Source of the DNA: Monocercomonoides exilis PA203 | Lineage: Eukaryota; Protista; Preaxostyla | Length of the DNA stretch: 64,000 nucleotides | NCBI GenBank assembly: GCA_001643675.2 | Contig: LSRY02000009.1 | Location: forward strand, 1,674,001-1,738,000 | Reading direction: 5' to 3' | Part shown: piece after piece, positions 24,754-38,375 of the stretch | How positions within the stretch are numbered: the first letter of the stretch is position 1 | How the letters are laid out: every line of letters starts with the position of its first letter | The notes under the pieces: generated by a model | The model's database searches: none | Told to the model about the DNA's origin: nothing | The model's input: only the letters and a program-made list of their open reading frames with translations | Position numbers and translations under genes: made by a program

Positions 24754-26899
24754 TTATGCATTTTGAATTTTCTGAATTTTTATCACTCTAGTTATTTTAT
24801 ATTATTCTTGTGATTTTCAAAAAATGAAAGCATATAAGAAAATCCAAAATTCAATTCCAGATATGCTTTATTAATTCCAATAAACCTCTTGAAGTTAAAT
24901 ATTTTTCATTATGTTGACATTTCAACAACAACGAGGCATAGGTGTATTAAAGGCACATTCCCAATATTTGGTTATTCTTTAAGACATAGTGATAAATAAA
25001 AAGAAGATTTAATAATAAAACATTTGTATGGACTAGAATTTTGAAATTCTTTTTGATTCTTGAGAAAAATCTATTCTTTTAAATCACCCATAAATCTGAG
25101 TATTATTTCAAATTTTTGATTAAAACAGATAATTTTAAAATAATAAACAGCTGAGAGGTCGTTAATTATTACACACTCTTATTAAATTAATTAATTTTTG
25201 AGAAATAAAACATTTCATAAAATAAATTTTAAAATTTAAATATTTTGATCAATCCCACAATTATATTTTTTATATCCAAAAAATTAGAATTTGTTCTCTT
25301 TCACCATGCTTTGAACCATCGCTAACGATTCATAGTAATATATATTTGAATCTTTGTATTTGTTTTATTTTCGCATTTGTTCTTTGAAAGAGCAAATAAA
25401 TTTTGAAGAACGAAGATGATGTGAATTTTGATGTTTTTCATTCTTTGCTTTATATATTAACTGCATAACTTCATTTTCTTTCCAAAGAAAAGCATTTGGT
25501 GAACATCAGGAAACGTTATTTTTAACTTTCTTTTCACTTGAAAAAATATTTGACAAAATAAAGAAAAAGATGTGGTTTTTTGAAGTCGAGACAAAATTAA
25601 AAGGAAAAAGCAAAAACAGAAAGAAGAAAAAATGAACGTGTGATTGTCTGTATAATGATAAACTACGCATTGACTTTGCAAGTGTAACAGTATTTTATCA
25701 TTGAATCTGAATCAGTGTGTGAAAAACACGTATAGTGTATTGGATAACAAAGGATAGACGTGATTTGAATTTTGCACTTTTGAAAAAGAGAATCAATACA
25801 AACACATCTTGAACAGGAAATGATATTTTTTGAACGCCACAACATGATCACCACTGATAAATGAAAGTCAATTTAAGTTTGATCTTTGAGAGTGTTTAAA
25901 TTCATAAATAAAAATAAATTTTGGAATTGAAGCAAACCAACAAGCAAATGATTCATCTCTTATTGAGTTATTGAAAATAAATCTGAGCAAAGCAATTATT
26001 GGAATTGAATGATTATGTCGAATAACAAACAGTGTGAAACAAGCACTTTTTCGCAATGATTCAACATTTATCTTTGCTTGCTCTGCTGTATCTTCATCAG
26101 CCCAGAAATAATTGTTCATTTTTCAAACACATTACAGTTTCTCGCTTTTCATCCATTTCTCACAAGAATATTCTGATCAATTTGTTTTCTTTCTTCCTTC
26201 AGATGCATATCGCCTTGCTTAACTGTATTCATTCTTTCTTCCTTTGATGAACCCAAAATAATGAATCCTATCTCCCTTTGATGCACACATCTCATTTCAA
26301 TTGATCATCTTTCGAAACAGAAGAATAACTGTGAACTTCCTTTCAGATATTCTATTGAACCATTTTCCTCACCTTAACCTTGCCCTTCTTATCTTCCTCC
26401 TTAAGTTTCATCAAAAACCGTTTTCACATTGCTGTTTCATTCAAATCCTCGCAATCAGCATGCCCATTTTCCACTTTCTCAATCCTGTTTCACTTGTATA
26501 AGCACCACCTTTCACTGAAGCAATCCATTCCTCTCCACAACAACACAAGGTTGCATTCTTCCTCCTTTCACTAAACTTCCCTTGACCTCAATCCCTTCAT
26601 AGGTGCTGTTCACAGCAACTCCTCAACCCATTTCTATTTTGTCTCAAACCTTTATTTATCACTCATTTAAATAAACAAAGCATTCTCCATGTCAATAACC
26701 TCTATTTCATTGACTTTCATATCCTCAATCCAAACGAACCCCAACATCACTCTTGAGCTCTCCACCCTTTCTATTCATCTCATAAGCCAAATTCCATCTA
26801 ACTGAAACACTCTTTGCCTGCATCTCTTTTCCTTTCTCATTCAAAATTCATTCATTATCCAGATAAGATTTTCTTCATTTTTCGATGAATTCTCCTTCA

Positions 26900-27735
26900 A
26901 AATATCTGTCAATAATCATCATTAAAAAAAGCACTCACTTTCACAAACTGTTTCATCTCTGACGGACTTGGCTGAACTCCAACAAACTCGTTCGTCAGAA
27001 GCCTTGCCCCTCCTTTGCATCAACTGCAAATGCTTTCTATCCTTCTGATGAGATTAATATCTCAAATGAGCTATATGGAATCAGAAACATGAACAAATCC
27101 TTGTTTGAATGATGACTATCATTTCCAACAAACAGAGTTTTTTCATTTATCATGGGAAAGTTATTGAAGTGGAATGAATCATTTGTCACGGTCTTGTTCA
27201 GATCAGATGCAAAAATGAACGCATTCTTTCCAATGGCTGCATTGTTATTCTTAAAAGTTACTTCAGCATCAAAAACAAATGGCTTCTCATTCAAACAATT
27301 TTGGAAATCCAAATACAGAAATCCTCCTTTTCTATTTCTTGATTAAAGCGAACAAGATGACGCATTTGTTGATTAAATGATCAATTCTTCATTCCCTTGC
27401 AATATCACTTTTGCAACACCTCCTTCTTCATCGCTTCCAGTGTTCGTAATGCGTGAAAAGTTGTTATTTTCAAATAAAACAGAAGAAGTTATCACCAATA
27501 GAGATTTGACAATTGAATGTTCAGTTAAACTGCACCCTTTCAATGAACAACTTCCACTGGTTGTTGAGATCAATGAGAAAAGAAAAATATCTGTTGATGA
27601 TAGAATTTCAAAGAAACAGAAAAAGAACCGAAGATAATTACTCGATGAGATAAATGAATTCATTTTAATCTCAAATTGATTTGCATCCTGCAAATTCAAA
27701 GAAAACAAATTGTGCGGCTTTGTTAATAAGAACAA
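26900..27735 (-). pseudogene. Beta-helix-like surface family fragment (cargo of 24935-28830)
   Basis: ORFs 27373-27735 and 27037-27312: EEGGVAKV, FKNNNAAIGKNAFIFASDL, NKDLFMFLIPY..ISSEG. Stops between pieces. Confidence 0.6.
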
Positions 27736-28157
27736 AATAATTCATGATTCACTTTTGTTCTCTCAAAAAGATAAACATTCTTGTGCTTTTGGAAGTTTTT
27801 AACACATTTTTTCAAATCAAATTGAATTCTTCAACAAATATAGATAATCATCTTTTCCATTTTCTGCGCTATTGCTGCGTTAAAAAATGATTTGTCTTCA
27901 GCAATCACCTTGAACAAAAATAAAATATATGAAATTCTATTTGTGAAATCTGAATATATGATTTTATATTGTCAATCATCAAAAAAATATATTCAAACGA
28001 ATTAACAATACTATTTTTTATAATAATTGCTATTGTTTTAAGAACATTATTCTATATCTGCACAAAAACATTAATTTGAAATTATTATCAAAAATCATTG
28101 AAAATTGAATGATGTATTGATGAATATACATCACACACTTAAAAACGATATTTATAT

Positions 28158-28414
28158 GGGTGATTATTATAGAAATAATAACTTTTTTTGGAGTGTCCAT
28201 CATTTTGAAAATTCATTGTCATTTGCTATTCAAATCTCATTCAAAATTATTTGTATTTATCTTTCGTTTCAATAACAAAAGTTTGTCATGATAGAATTAT
28301 TGATGCATCATGAAATAGATTTATCACGTTTCGGAATTCATTCATGGATATTTATAACAAATATTCAAACCGAAAAATTTGACAGAAACGTTAGGGCTTC
28401 AAAAATAATCACCC
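28158..28414. mobile_element. 257-bp GGGTGA MITE, reverse orientation, ATAT TSD
   Basis: atat|gggtgattattatagaaat ... ttcaaaaataatcaccc|atat. Confidence 0.85.
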
Positions 28415-31400
28415 ATATATATGATTTGTAAAATATTCGAAAGCGAGGGTTCAATTCTTGGAGAAAGAGAACAAATTCTAATTTTTTGGATATAAAAAAT
28501 ATAATTGTGGGATTGATCAAAATATTTAAATTTTAAAATTTATTTTATGAAATGTTTTATTTCTCAAAAATTAATTAATTTAATAAGAGTGTGTAATAAT
28601 TAACGACCTCTCAGCTGTTTATTATTTTAAAATTATCTGTTTTAATCAAAAATTTGAAATAATACTCAGATTTATGGGTGATTTAAAAGAATAGATTTTT
28701 CTCAAGAATCAAAAAGAATTTCAAAATTCTAGTCCATACAAATGTTTTATTATTAAATCTTCTTTTTATTTATCACTATGTCTTAAAGAATAACCAAATA
28801 TTGGGAATGTGCTTTAAATACTCCTATGCCCTCTGGAATCTCCTCCAACTGCTCCGGTCTATCTGAACTCAACAATTTCTGAAGATGCGGGAAATTTTTA
28901 TCTCAATCTCAGAGATTGTTCGGACTGAAAAAATGAAATCAAACTTTGGGCAATCATTTTCGTATTCAGGCAGTTCTGTCATTCGTAAAGCAAGTGGCCA
29001 GCTTTCTCTTTCTTTTGTTGATGTGTCTTCTGTTGGAAAGTCAGAAAATATCTAATCCTTTGTTAATAATTCAACATTTCTGAGCATTGGAAACGGAATT
29101 CTTCATATCAATAACTGTTCAAAATTATATCTTTAATCATAGAAGCCAAACTTTCAGCTTTGTGAGGAATAGATTTCTTCAATAAATATGAATGCAGAAC
29201 AGATTGAATTAACAATAAATATATTTGAGTCTGTCAATCGTTAAAGAAGTTGCATTTTATTTGGTTGTGGCTGATGGAGTGAAGCTATATGAAAGCAACA
29301 TTTTTCATATTGGCCATCCAACTTTGGGAACAATTTCTTTTGAAATCTCCTCATTAAACAACTGCTCAAGAAATACAAAAGGAGCCTCTTCTATTTTTGC
29401 TTTCCCCCCTCCTTCTTTTTCATTTTCGCCTTATTCAATTTCTTCAACTTCTTTTCGCACACTTTGTTCAGAAATATGAAAAAAGATAAGTGTTGTATTC
29501 CTAACGTTAATAGCATATTTGTTTCTTTCAAAAAATATTTTGAAGAAAATGAATGCGACGAGAAACAAAAGTGAGAAGAGAAAGAAGTGAAAAAGATGAA
29601 AAAGATGAAGAAAGGAGAAATAAGATAACGAAAATGATGAAAATATCATTAGGAAAACTGAGGGTCGATCGCACCCACTGCTCACTCAAAGAACAGCAGC
29701 ATAATGTTGATCTCCATTTCTTTTTCGCTCGGAACCTTCTCTAACTTTGCTAAAGAAGAAGAAGACGAAGAGGAAGAATAAGATAAAGGCTATATTTCAC
29801 CTCCTTCTCCTTTTATATGTGATGCGATTGTGATGAAAAACAGCTCTTCACACTTCCCGTCATTCTGCAGATTCCAAATTCAGATCACCCCTTCCACATC
29901 GTTTTTCTCCAGCTGCAGCTGCACAAGCTCAACCCGCAGCTTCAGCCCTGCCCCTGCCAGCACCCCTCCCGACACCCCCGCCGACACCCCCGATAGCACC
30001 TGCGCACAGAAGTCCAGCACAGGCCTCAGCAGCACCAGCTTTCGATTCATTGTCTTGGCAACTGCGTTGTTATCAGAAGTTGTTAGAAAGTCTCTCAAAT
30101 CGGATGAATCACTCATATCCAGAAGCAGCAGGCACTTCGTGAAGTTGTTGCGGTGGCATGCCTCCAGCTTTGATATCAATGATGGCATGCAGCAGCCAGA
30201 CAGCCGGTACGCATCCTGGAAGATCCGCAGTAATAGCGCCTGAAGCACATACGGATGGCACACACGCATACACATAAAAGTTACTCCAGCTCAGAATTTG
30301 TGACGCACCTGATATCGCAGACGAAGAAGAAGAAGAAGAAGAAGAAGAAAAGACGTTTCGAGAGGAAGTCTCGTTTCATGTGGAATGAACAGTCAGCTGC
30401 AACACAGGGACAACAAAGGCAATAGCAAGGGTGGGGAAGACGGTTTAAAGTTCAGTCTTTTTCATCAGCTCTGACTCCAATGCTGACACAAACGGTGGTT
30501 GGTGATCGTGGAGGATCCCCATTGCCCACGCTAAGAAGAAGAAACTGAATGAAATAATAACAAAAAAAGAGATGATTCAAATATTTATGTTTCAATTGAA
30601 TGAAAAAAAAGAGAGTTTGAAAAAGTTTGAAAAGGAAAAACAAGAAATATGACAAAAACAAAGAAAACAATTCGAGAAAAATTTGACAAACTTTATCAAA
30701 TCAGGAATTGCGCCTTTGTCTCTTCTTGATCAGAACATATTGGTTGTTGATTGTGTGAGTCCAGATAGCTGGAAAGATTAAACGTCCAATGATTTATATG
30801 CAGATACAGTTCAGACAGGCAATTCGATGCAGATTGCCAACGTACAAATTCATAAAATGGCCGTTGCGATCAACTCACAAGAAAAAGAGGAAATTCATTA
30901 TGAATAATGAAAAAAAAGTTCTAAAGGTTACAAAAGTTCAAAAATACGTATAAAAATAAATACATAATAATTCTTTGTTATAATAAAAGGAAAATTTCAA
31001 CACTAACCACATTGCTTCAAATATTCACCATTGCACAAGTCGATCTGTTTGGAATTCTTTTCTTTTCTTAAATCAAGCTCAAAATATTTGCGCCTTCTTC
31101 TTTTCTGCTTTCCTTACCTCCCTCTTCTTCGAGAATCCAGGCAATCTTGAATGAAAAAAACGAAAACTTACCGAAAATAGCTGTATTCACTTGCTGGTCC
31201 ACAAAGTTTGCTGCGCTGGGCGCATCAATCTTCACCTCTTTAAATACCTCCTCTTCAAGTGACATGCACTGCTCATGCTCCACAATCACAATCTCATTCG
31301 TCCGGATGATCTTCTCCTTCTCCAGTGCATCTGCCACACACGATGTCAATTTGAACATATTCAAAGTTGGCGTGTTGAGCCCTTGGATGTAACCATTTCC

Positions 31401-32349
31401 TCCTCTTTCTCCACTGCTTCCACAACATTAATCTGAATCAGTAATGTGTAATGGCCAAAATATGACCACATAAAGCTGCCACTCTCTCTCCCATTGTATT
31501 TGTACAGACTGTGCGGAAAGTGGAACTTGCGAGATAATTACACAGCGGGGCTTGCACCCGAAAAAGCGTGTCGTTCGTCTCTCGCTTTTCATCCACAAAT
31601 ATTCGTTAATATTCGCTTCAGAGTTTATGTTCAACGCATAGAACAGATTGTCATACGTGCCCTGTGCTGCATCCGAAATGAACAGCAAGCATTTGACGTT
31701 AACGAGTTGAATCACAAAAAATACTCATAAAAATAGAATCGCTTTCAGACAAATTTCTGAATGTGAATTATTATTATTTTCATTTGCACTGATATTCCAT
31801 TCGCGGATTGACACATTTTTGATGTAAATTATCGCACTGGCTGATATTATTATCGCTTTTATAATTGTCGTAAAATGAGAATATGGTTCGAAATCACAAA
31901 TAGGATTGTTCATTAATCGGGAAAAAAACAACAAAAAATAAACCTATATATTTTATTGCGTTTATATATACATATATATTTGATATTCTTTTTTATTATA
32001 AACGAACAATCATGTTTATGATTTTGAACCATCTTCACATTATTTATTTCCATTTCAAAAAGCTTCGAATAATTGCAGAATAATTGTAATTTTCCAAAGA
32101 AGGTGTAGGCATATGGTACTTATACACCACCTTGCCAAATTAAAGATAAACTTTCGATCACATGTTAAAAGCACATTTGAAAAGATTATTCAATCGTTAA
32201 TTAGTGGAAAAATCAGATTTAATAAAAAAAATTTTTGATCAACCCATAAAAAAATTAAAAATATTTGTGCGCAAAATTATCGGTTTTTTTTTTGATGAGT
32301 ATATATGTTATACCAAAAACATTAACGAATATCAAGTATTTAATCATTT

Positions 32350-33560
32350 GATGGAGGAAAAACATAATTTATTGAAGATTTTTTGCGATAATGGAGAAAC
32401 CATTCAATGGCTTCACAACAATGTGATTAACACTGTCAGAAGATATTCAATAGCAACTTGTTGTTCGTTTGTGATTATAATAAGAGTGAGAAAAGGAAAA
32501 TGGTTCTTCAGATGCAGCAAATGCAGAAAAGAAGTCTCTTATAGAACAGGAACTCCGTTTTCAAAATCTAGGCTTTCAATTTCAAATCTTATTCTGATCC
32601 TTTTCTTCTTTTACCATCAACTCAATATAGAACAAACATCATCTCTAACTTCATGCGAAAGACACAGTGTTTCTTATTATTATTGCATTTGCCGGAGAAC
32701 ATGCGCTCGGATGATAAGAGGAATCCAAACTCCCATAGGAGGTCCTGGCCGCATTGTGGAAATTGACGAAGCTGTTTGGAGAAGGAGAAAATACAAAAGA
32801 GGTTTTGAATTTTAATCTTTTGAAACTTAATTATCAATTGAACTTTTTTTATAAGGACGTGCAAAGAAGCAAATTTGAATTTTTGGTGCTCAGGAACGTG
32901 GAGGAAAAGCATTTGTTTATCCTGTGGCCAACAGATTTGCTTCAGTATTAATTCCGTTAATAAAAAAATGGGTGATTATTTTTGATATCATGTTTTCGAC
33001 ATAAAAATTTTAGGAAAAAAATTTGTATTGTGTTTTATCAAATGAATACCAAAATATTAGCTTCCATTTGATTGAAAATTTTGCAATAAACAAATCTCAA
33101 ACATTGGCTCTTAAAAAAAAATGCTAAACAATTTTCATCAGAAAAAAAATATTTTCAGTCAAAGACAAACAACTTTTGAAATATCAATTCCCCGAAAAAA
33201 GTAATGATTTCAAAAATAATCACCCAAATATATTCGTCCAGGAACAGAAATTCACTCTGATCAATGGAAAGCTTATTCTTCTTTGAGTGAAGATGGATTC
33301 ACACACAGGACTGTCAATCATTCCGAGCATTTTGCAGGTTTAAATTTTCTTTTTTTTTTGTCTTTTTTCATGAAATGTTATTTTGCACTTATTCAGATCC
33401 AATCACAGGAGCTTGCACAAACCATATCGAAGCGTTGTGGGCTAACCTTCGTGAGTTCATGCCTTCACACGGAGTGAGGTTTCATAGAATGCAAGAATAA
33501 ATAGATTCATTTCAGTTTTTCGGAAATCCAAAAGTTGATTTTTCCATTTTTGTGTCTAAC
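32350..33560 (+). pseudogene. Merlin/ISXO2-like DDE transposase with two introns
   Basis: Zn-ribbon (FRCSKC..SYRTGTPF), IGGPGRIVEIDE, IHSDQWKAY, HRTVNHS and TNHIEALW. Introns 32802-32855 and 33338-33396 restore the frame. TGA at a conserved Trp (32876), TAA near 33497, and a MITE insertion. Confidence 0.9.
32970..33225. mobile_element. 256-bp GGGTGA MITE inserted in the Merlin transposase, AAAT TSD
   Basis: Removing the MITE plus one AAAT gives in-frame IPLIKK-YIRPGTEIHSDQW. Confidence 0.95.
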
Positions 33561-34349
33561 GTTTTGAAATACAGTGATGAATAGTACAACGCCCTTGAGG
33601 ATGAAGCTTTTGGTCCAGAAGAAAAGGAAGAAGAGGCTGAGCTGAGATGCTTCACGATAAAGAATCTTCAGAATCCGATTATAAACTTGAAACAGAAACA
33701 TGATTGGATGGGGATGGGGATGGAGCTGATGTATCTGAATGGGAGGCTTATAAATAAATACCGATTTTTCCACATATCATTCTTCTTAAAGTTAAAAAAC
33801 AACATGCTCTCTTTGATTATTTCTATGTTTTGTAAAGATTTGTGAGGTGGCTTATAAGTACCATTTACCACACTTTTTCCTATTTGATGAGATTTTAAAA
33901 TAAGACTTATTCCGATTGCCCCACAACAATGCAGTCATCTCCACCTTCTCCGCATTCTCCGCCTTCTGCTTCTTCAACAGCTCAATCACAGATTTACACA
34001 CAAAATATCTTATTCACCTTGACATCGATGTCTCATTCTATCATGTGTATGAAGCAAGGTGGGGCAGAGAAATAAACATCTTCTTGAGTCACTTGAGAAT
34101 CTGATTTAAGAAAGAGAGAGGCTGAAGAAGCTGACAGAGAACAAAGATAAAACAGCAAAGACAAACATGCAATGGATGAAAAGGAATTGACAAAAAATTC
34201 ATCTCCTCGTTCTTCACTTGTGTATCATTCTCCTGTTTCTGCTTAGCCTTTTGGTGGAGAAGGAAGACTAAACGAACTGAGAAATGATGTTTCAGGCACT
34301 CAATATGATTTTTTAAAACTTGAATAACCATGAAGAAAGAAAGAGGGGA

Positions 34350-37300
34350 AAAAAAAAGAGAGAGAAAAGAGAGAGGAGGGATGATTTTCTTCACGATCGC
34401 TATTCATCCGAATTCCCACAAAAACAAACACATTTATAAAGCAGAAAATGCTCAAACAACAACATTTGGAATGGCTTCAAATTCGTCTATTTTCTCTTCA
34501 TCATCAACATGTTCCACTTCTGTTTTTTTCAAACCCAACAGCAACATCTTTATCGACTTCTTCTTCAGCTGCCCCTGTGAAAACTTCCTTTGACAGCAGC
34601 GAGCCATGCCTCAGTTCAATCACACAAACAATTCCTTATCCTCTCTCTTCTTCCTCTCTGATTTCCATCTCCCGGCTCCACCCTTGTCTCTGCTGCCTCT
34701 TTCTCCACTCCCGCACTCATCCATACACGCGTCATCTTTTTATCACACACCCACACACTCACCCGTTCACTCTGAGGTGTTCTTCTTTGTTAACACCGCT
34801 TTTCCATCCATCGTTCTTCTGTTATGTGGATGCCCTTTTGTTTGGAACGGAGTTCTTCAGGCAGATGCTGGGAAGAAAAGAAAAAGAGGTCAACAGGAAG
34901 AAAATGAAGAATATGAACGATAATGAACAAATGAATGAAAGAGAAAGAGAAAGTGGAAAAAGAATTGAACACGAGAAATATTTATAGACAGAGAAAGATG
35001 GAACTTCAAATAGAAAAGTTGATAGAATGATCCATTTAGAGTCATTTGATAAAAGCAGAACATCATTTAGAGTTTAATACTTCGAAGAATAACAATTGTC
35101 TGGAAAAGTTGTGGCAGACGAAGAGTCTTTGAGTTCAATTGCACAAATGAGGGAAGCAGAAGCAGCAGAGGAGAATATAATTTTAAAAACAACAGAAGAG
35201 GAAAGAGGCAATTTTGCGTGGAGGAAGAAGAGGACGAAGAGAGAAGGAAAAGCGAGCTGAGAGTGCTATATGACAGCTAGTCAGAAGCATCGAAATCAGC
35301 TTGAAGAAAGCAGGTGCGCTTGTGATACGTCTTCAGTGATTTTATCATTATCATCATCATCTTCTTCTTCATCCTCAACGTCTTCTTCCTCGTCTCGAAG
35401 CAGCAAGACGTTTTTCCAGGATCTAAAGGATGAATCCAAAATGACAGCTTGAGGGGGCAATACAACAAAAGTTACATGGTTCTATTTCAAGAAGACGAAT
35501 ATTATTTTATTGGCACAAAGAATGCAGCACAAAGTGAAGTGATAAACCCATCTGTTTCTCGATCATCAACCTTTTCTTCATCTTCCTTTCAGATTTCTTC
35601 CAAACATTTCGCAGGCATCAGTCAAGTGGTTTGAGGAGGAAGAAATAAAGAAGGAGAGAAAGAAGTATTTGATGAAATAGAAGAAGGAAATAAACGAAAG
35701 ATTGAGTTGAATGAAAGAAAGGAAGATGAGAGAAGGAAGAGAAAGAGAAGCAGAAAAAATGATAATCTTATCTTTTTATCAACAAAATGCCATGAGCACA
35801 ACGTCAATTGGAACAAATCAGACTCCTCAGTCAATTCCTCAGCCAACTAGATCAGCATCCTTCTCTTCTTCTCCTTCCTCCTCTTCCTTGTCATCATCTT
35901 ATCTTCTTCTTTACCATCCACACCAATTTCATCTGATAACAGTCAGATTGTCAGTGCTTTGCCTTCTTCACCATCATCACTTTCGCCTCCTCTTTCAATA
36001 TGCTCTTTATCTCCTTCTTCCACCAGCACCCCATCTCCCACCAATCAAATGTGGCATCCTGTTCCTTCTTCCTCTCTTCCCTCTTCGCTTTCTTCTGCCT
36101 CACAGCGTCTGTTCCTACTTCGTCACTGTGCTTTCCTGAGCCAAAATTGTCAGCCATTCCAAGCCGCATCGATAGAATTGAGGAAGAGAAAGCGACACAG
36201 TGGAAGATAGAGAAGATGCAGGAGAAAGAGACAGAGAAGGAGACAAAGGAGCCGCTGGAGGAAGAGAATGAGAACTTTGAGAAAGATCGGGAAAAGCTCG
36301 AAGACCGCAGAAGAAGGCGCTGGAGCAGGCTGAGAAGAAGCTGGAGGCATTTGCCTCGTATTTGAAGAAGAAGAAGATTGAGAGAAGCGAATCGAACTTC
36401 AAAAGTGGAGCAAAGCAGAGGAAGGTGTGGATGAAGGAGAATGCTGAATCTCCTCTTGTTGTTTGGATGGCGAAGGAGCTGTCGATTCGAGATGATCCGT
36501 ATTTTGACAGGCAGGCTGTTCAATTTGGAAGCTTCGCAGATGTGTTTCACAATAAAAGCACATTTTCAGATGCAGAAAAAGGAGAAGATGACAATTCGGA
36601 AAACTTATCTTCCTCAAAAGAACAACAAAAGAAGAAGAACAAGAAGAACAAAAAGAAAATTATGCTCCAAAAGAACATATTCATTCGGAGAAAAAGCGAA
36701 GCGAAAATGAAAAGGTGTTTTTGGATGTTTGATTTGAGAATTGATTCTGCTTTTGCTTAGGCTCCTTTGCAGAAAAACTTACTGCTTGACGAATATCTTG
36801 AGAAAAACAAAGAAAACTTACAGACACAGCAAATAAACATAGAAGATTCTTCTTCTTCGGATTCTTCTTCGGATTCTTCTGTTCTTTAAGAAATACAGTG
36901 CTCATAATGCTTCTCACTTCTTTCTCTTCTTCACCGCTTGGTCGGATGTGCTGAGACATTCTGGCAGAGAGGTGCAAGGAAGACAACATATTGTTGCTGC
37001 CTGTTGATGGATGGATCATTGAGAAACTTGCTTTCTTCGAAGAAGTGGAGATTTTAGCTCTTATACTGAAAAATCCTCAGGAGCTGAGGTTAACTGAGAA
37101 AGAAATGAAAGCACTGGAAATCTGAGAGGATGAGATCTGGGCAAGGAGGATGAGAGAAATACGTCTGTAGCCAACTGATAATGTTTAAAAGAACAAGAAT
37201 AAGACTCTTCTGTACGAACTCTGATCGGATGTCTGAAAGTGAGGTCAGGGCGTTGAAGAAGGAGGAGCATCAGATCCAGAGGATGTTGCCGTTGGAAGGG

Positions 37301-38230
37301 GAGATGTGGTGGATGACTGTGGAGAGGGAAGTGCAGGGGGCAAGCGGTCAGTCACACTGGCAGGCAGAGGAGCGATGTCTTGATTGGCAAATATCTGGTG
37401 GATGCAGCAGAATGTGATGAATTTGACTTTGTTGAAGTCGAGTTCGGGGTTGGGATCTGTGTGGGAGAAGTCAAACTCGCAGATTGACGTGTTTCAAGCG
37501 AAAAAATGCTGAGTGAAGCCGAAGGAAAAGAGGGACTCGTTGATTTGGGCGGGGATGGAAGAGCGTCGGAGAAAGAGTTTTTTTCTCCTGAATACATTAT
37601 TCAAGACGAAGCAGAAGTTAAGGATGCATTCGGACATGTGCAGCAACGACTTCTCTCAGTTGAGGAACACCGTTGCAACTCCGCCCTCGGAAGACTCTTT
37701 GCTCACATAACTGGTTAACACATAAACCTCAGAAGCGCAGTCAAAGGCACATCACCTTTCCAAATTAACACAAGAGCTGCTCAGTTGGTGAGCGCACAAT
37801 GTTGGTATTATTGGAGGAGCGAAAATGATTATTGTTCTTTGATCTGGTGCAGCCAAGCCAGCCAGAGAAGATGGGCAGATAACTACGAGGGAATTGCTAG
37901 GGAGCCAAGAGGTGGAGACTGAGAGGAATTCAAGTTTTGCTGAAGTGGATGCAGAAACGTACGATAAGGATGAAGAGGCGAGGGAGTTGTTTTCGAGAGA
38001 CGAACACTCTTCTGCTACATCAACCATTGCATTCGAAAAGCTTTTTTGTTAAGCCCGTATGGAAAAGGAGCGTAGCGACAAAAGGAGAGGAGCATCAGGT
38101 GTGGATATCTGGATGAAGGATTAGAGACGAGGAAGAAATATGGAGAACCAACGGAGAAACGAAAGGAGGAAAATAAAATGAAGGTGTTCGTGCGATAGAA
38201 GCTTATTAAGAATCTTATGCAAAATCTCAC
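34350..38230 (+). other. Decayed low-complexity/coiled-coil coding remnant, unidentified
   Basis: Broken E/K/R-rich ORFs (e.g. 36000-36760) with many stops. No domain recognised. Confidence 0.3.
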
Positions 38231-38375
38231 GAATTTCTTTTATTTTTTTTTCTTTGTTATTTTTCTATATCTTTGTTTGATCGATTAAAAATAAAGCATA
38301 GGTGTGAATCGTACCACTTTCAGTTTGCATTTTATCAAAATATAAATATTATGGAGTTAATCTACATTATTCAAC

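Larger units (their letters stand above)
24935..28830. mobile_element. 3.9-kb non-autonomous element with 368-bp TIRs starting GGCATAGG (Merlin-like), carrying gene fragments
   Basis: 24935-25302 is a near-perfect reverse complement of 28463-28830. No matching TSD (AACAACGA vs CTCTGGAA). Confidence 0.8.
32108..33869 (+). mobile_element. Merlin (IS1595/IS1016-related) DNA transposon, inactivated
   Basis: 25-bp imperfect TIRs: GGCATATGGTACTTATACACCACCT (32108-32132) and AGGTGGCTTATAAGTACCATTTACC (33845-33869). Contains a transposase. No TSD match seen. Confidence 0.85.

Noticed and set aside
31068-31400. RuvB-like domain II resemblance (GLNT..FKL...DALEKEKI)
   Set aside because: Short pattern only, with no Walker motifs or flanking match.
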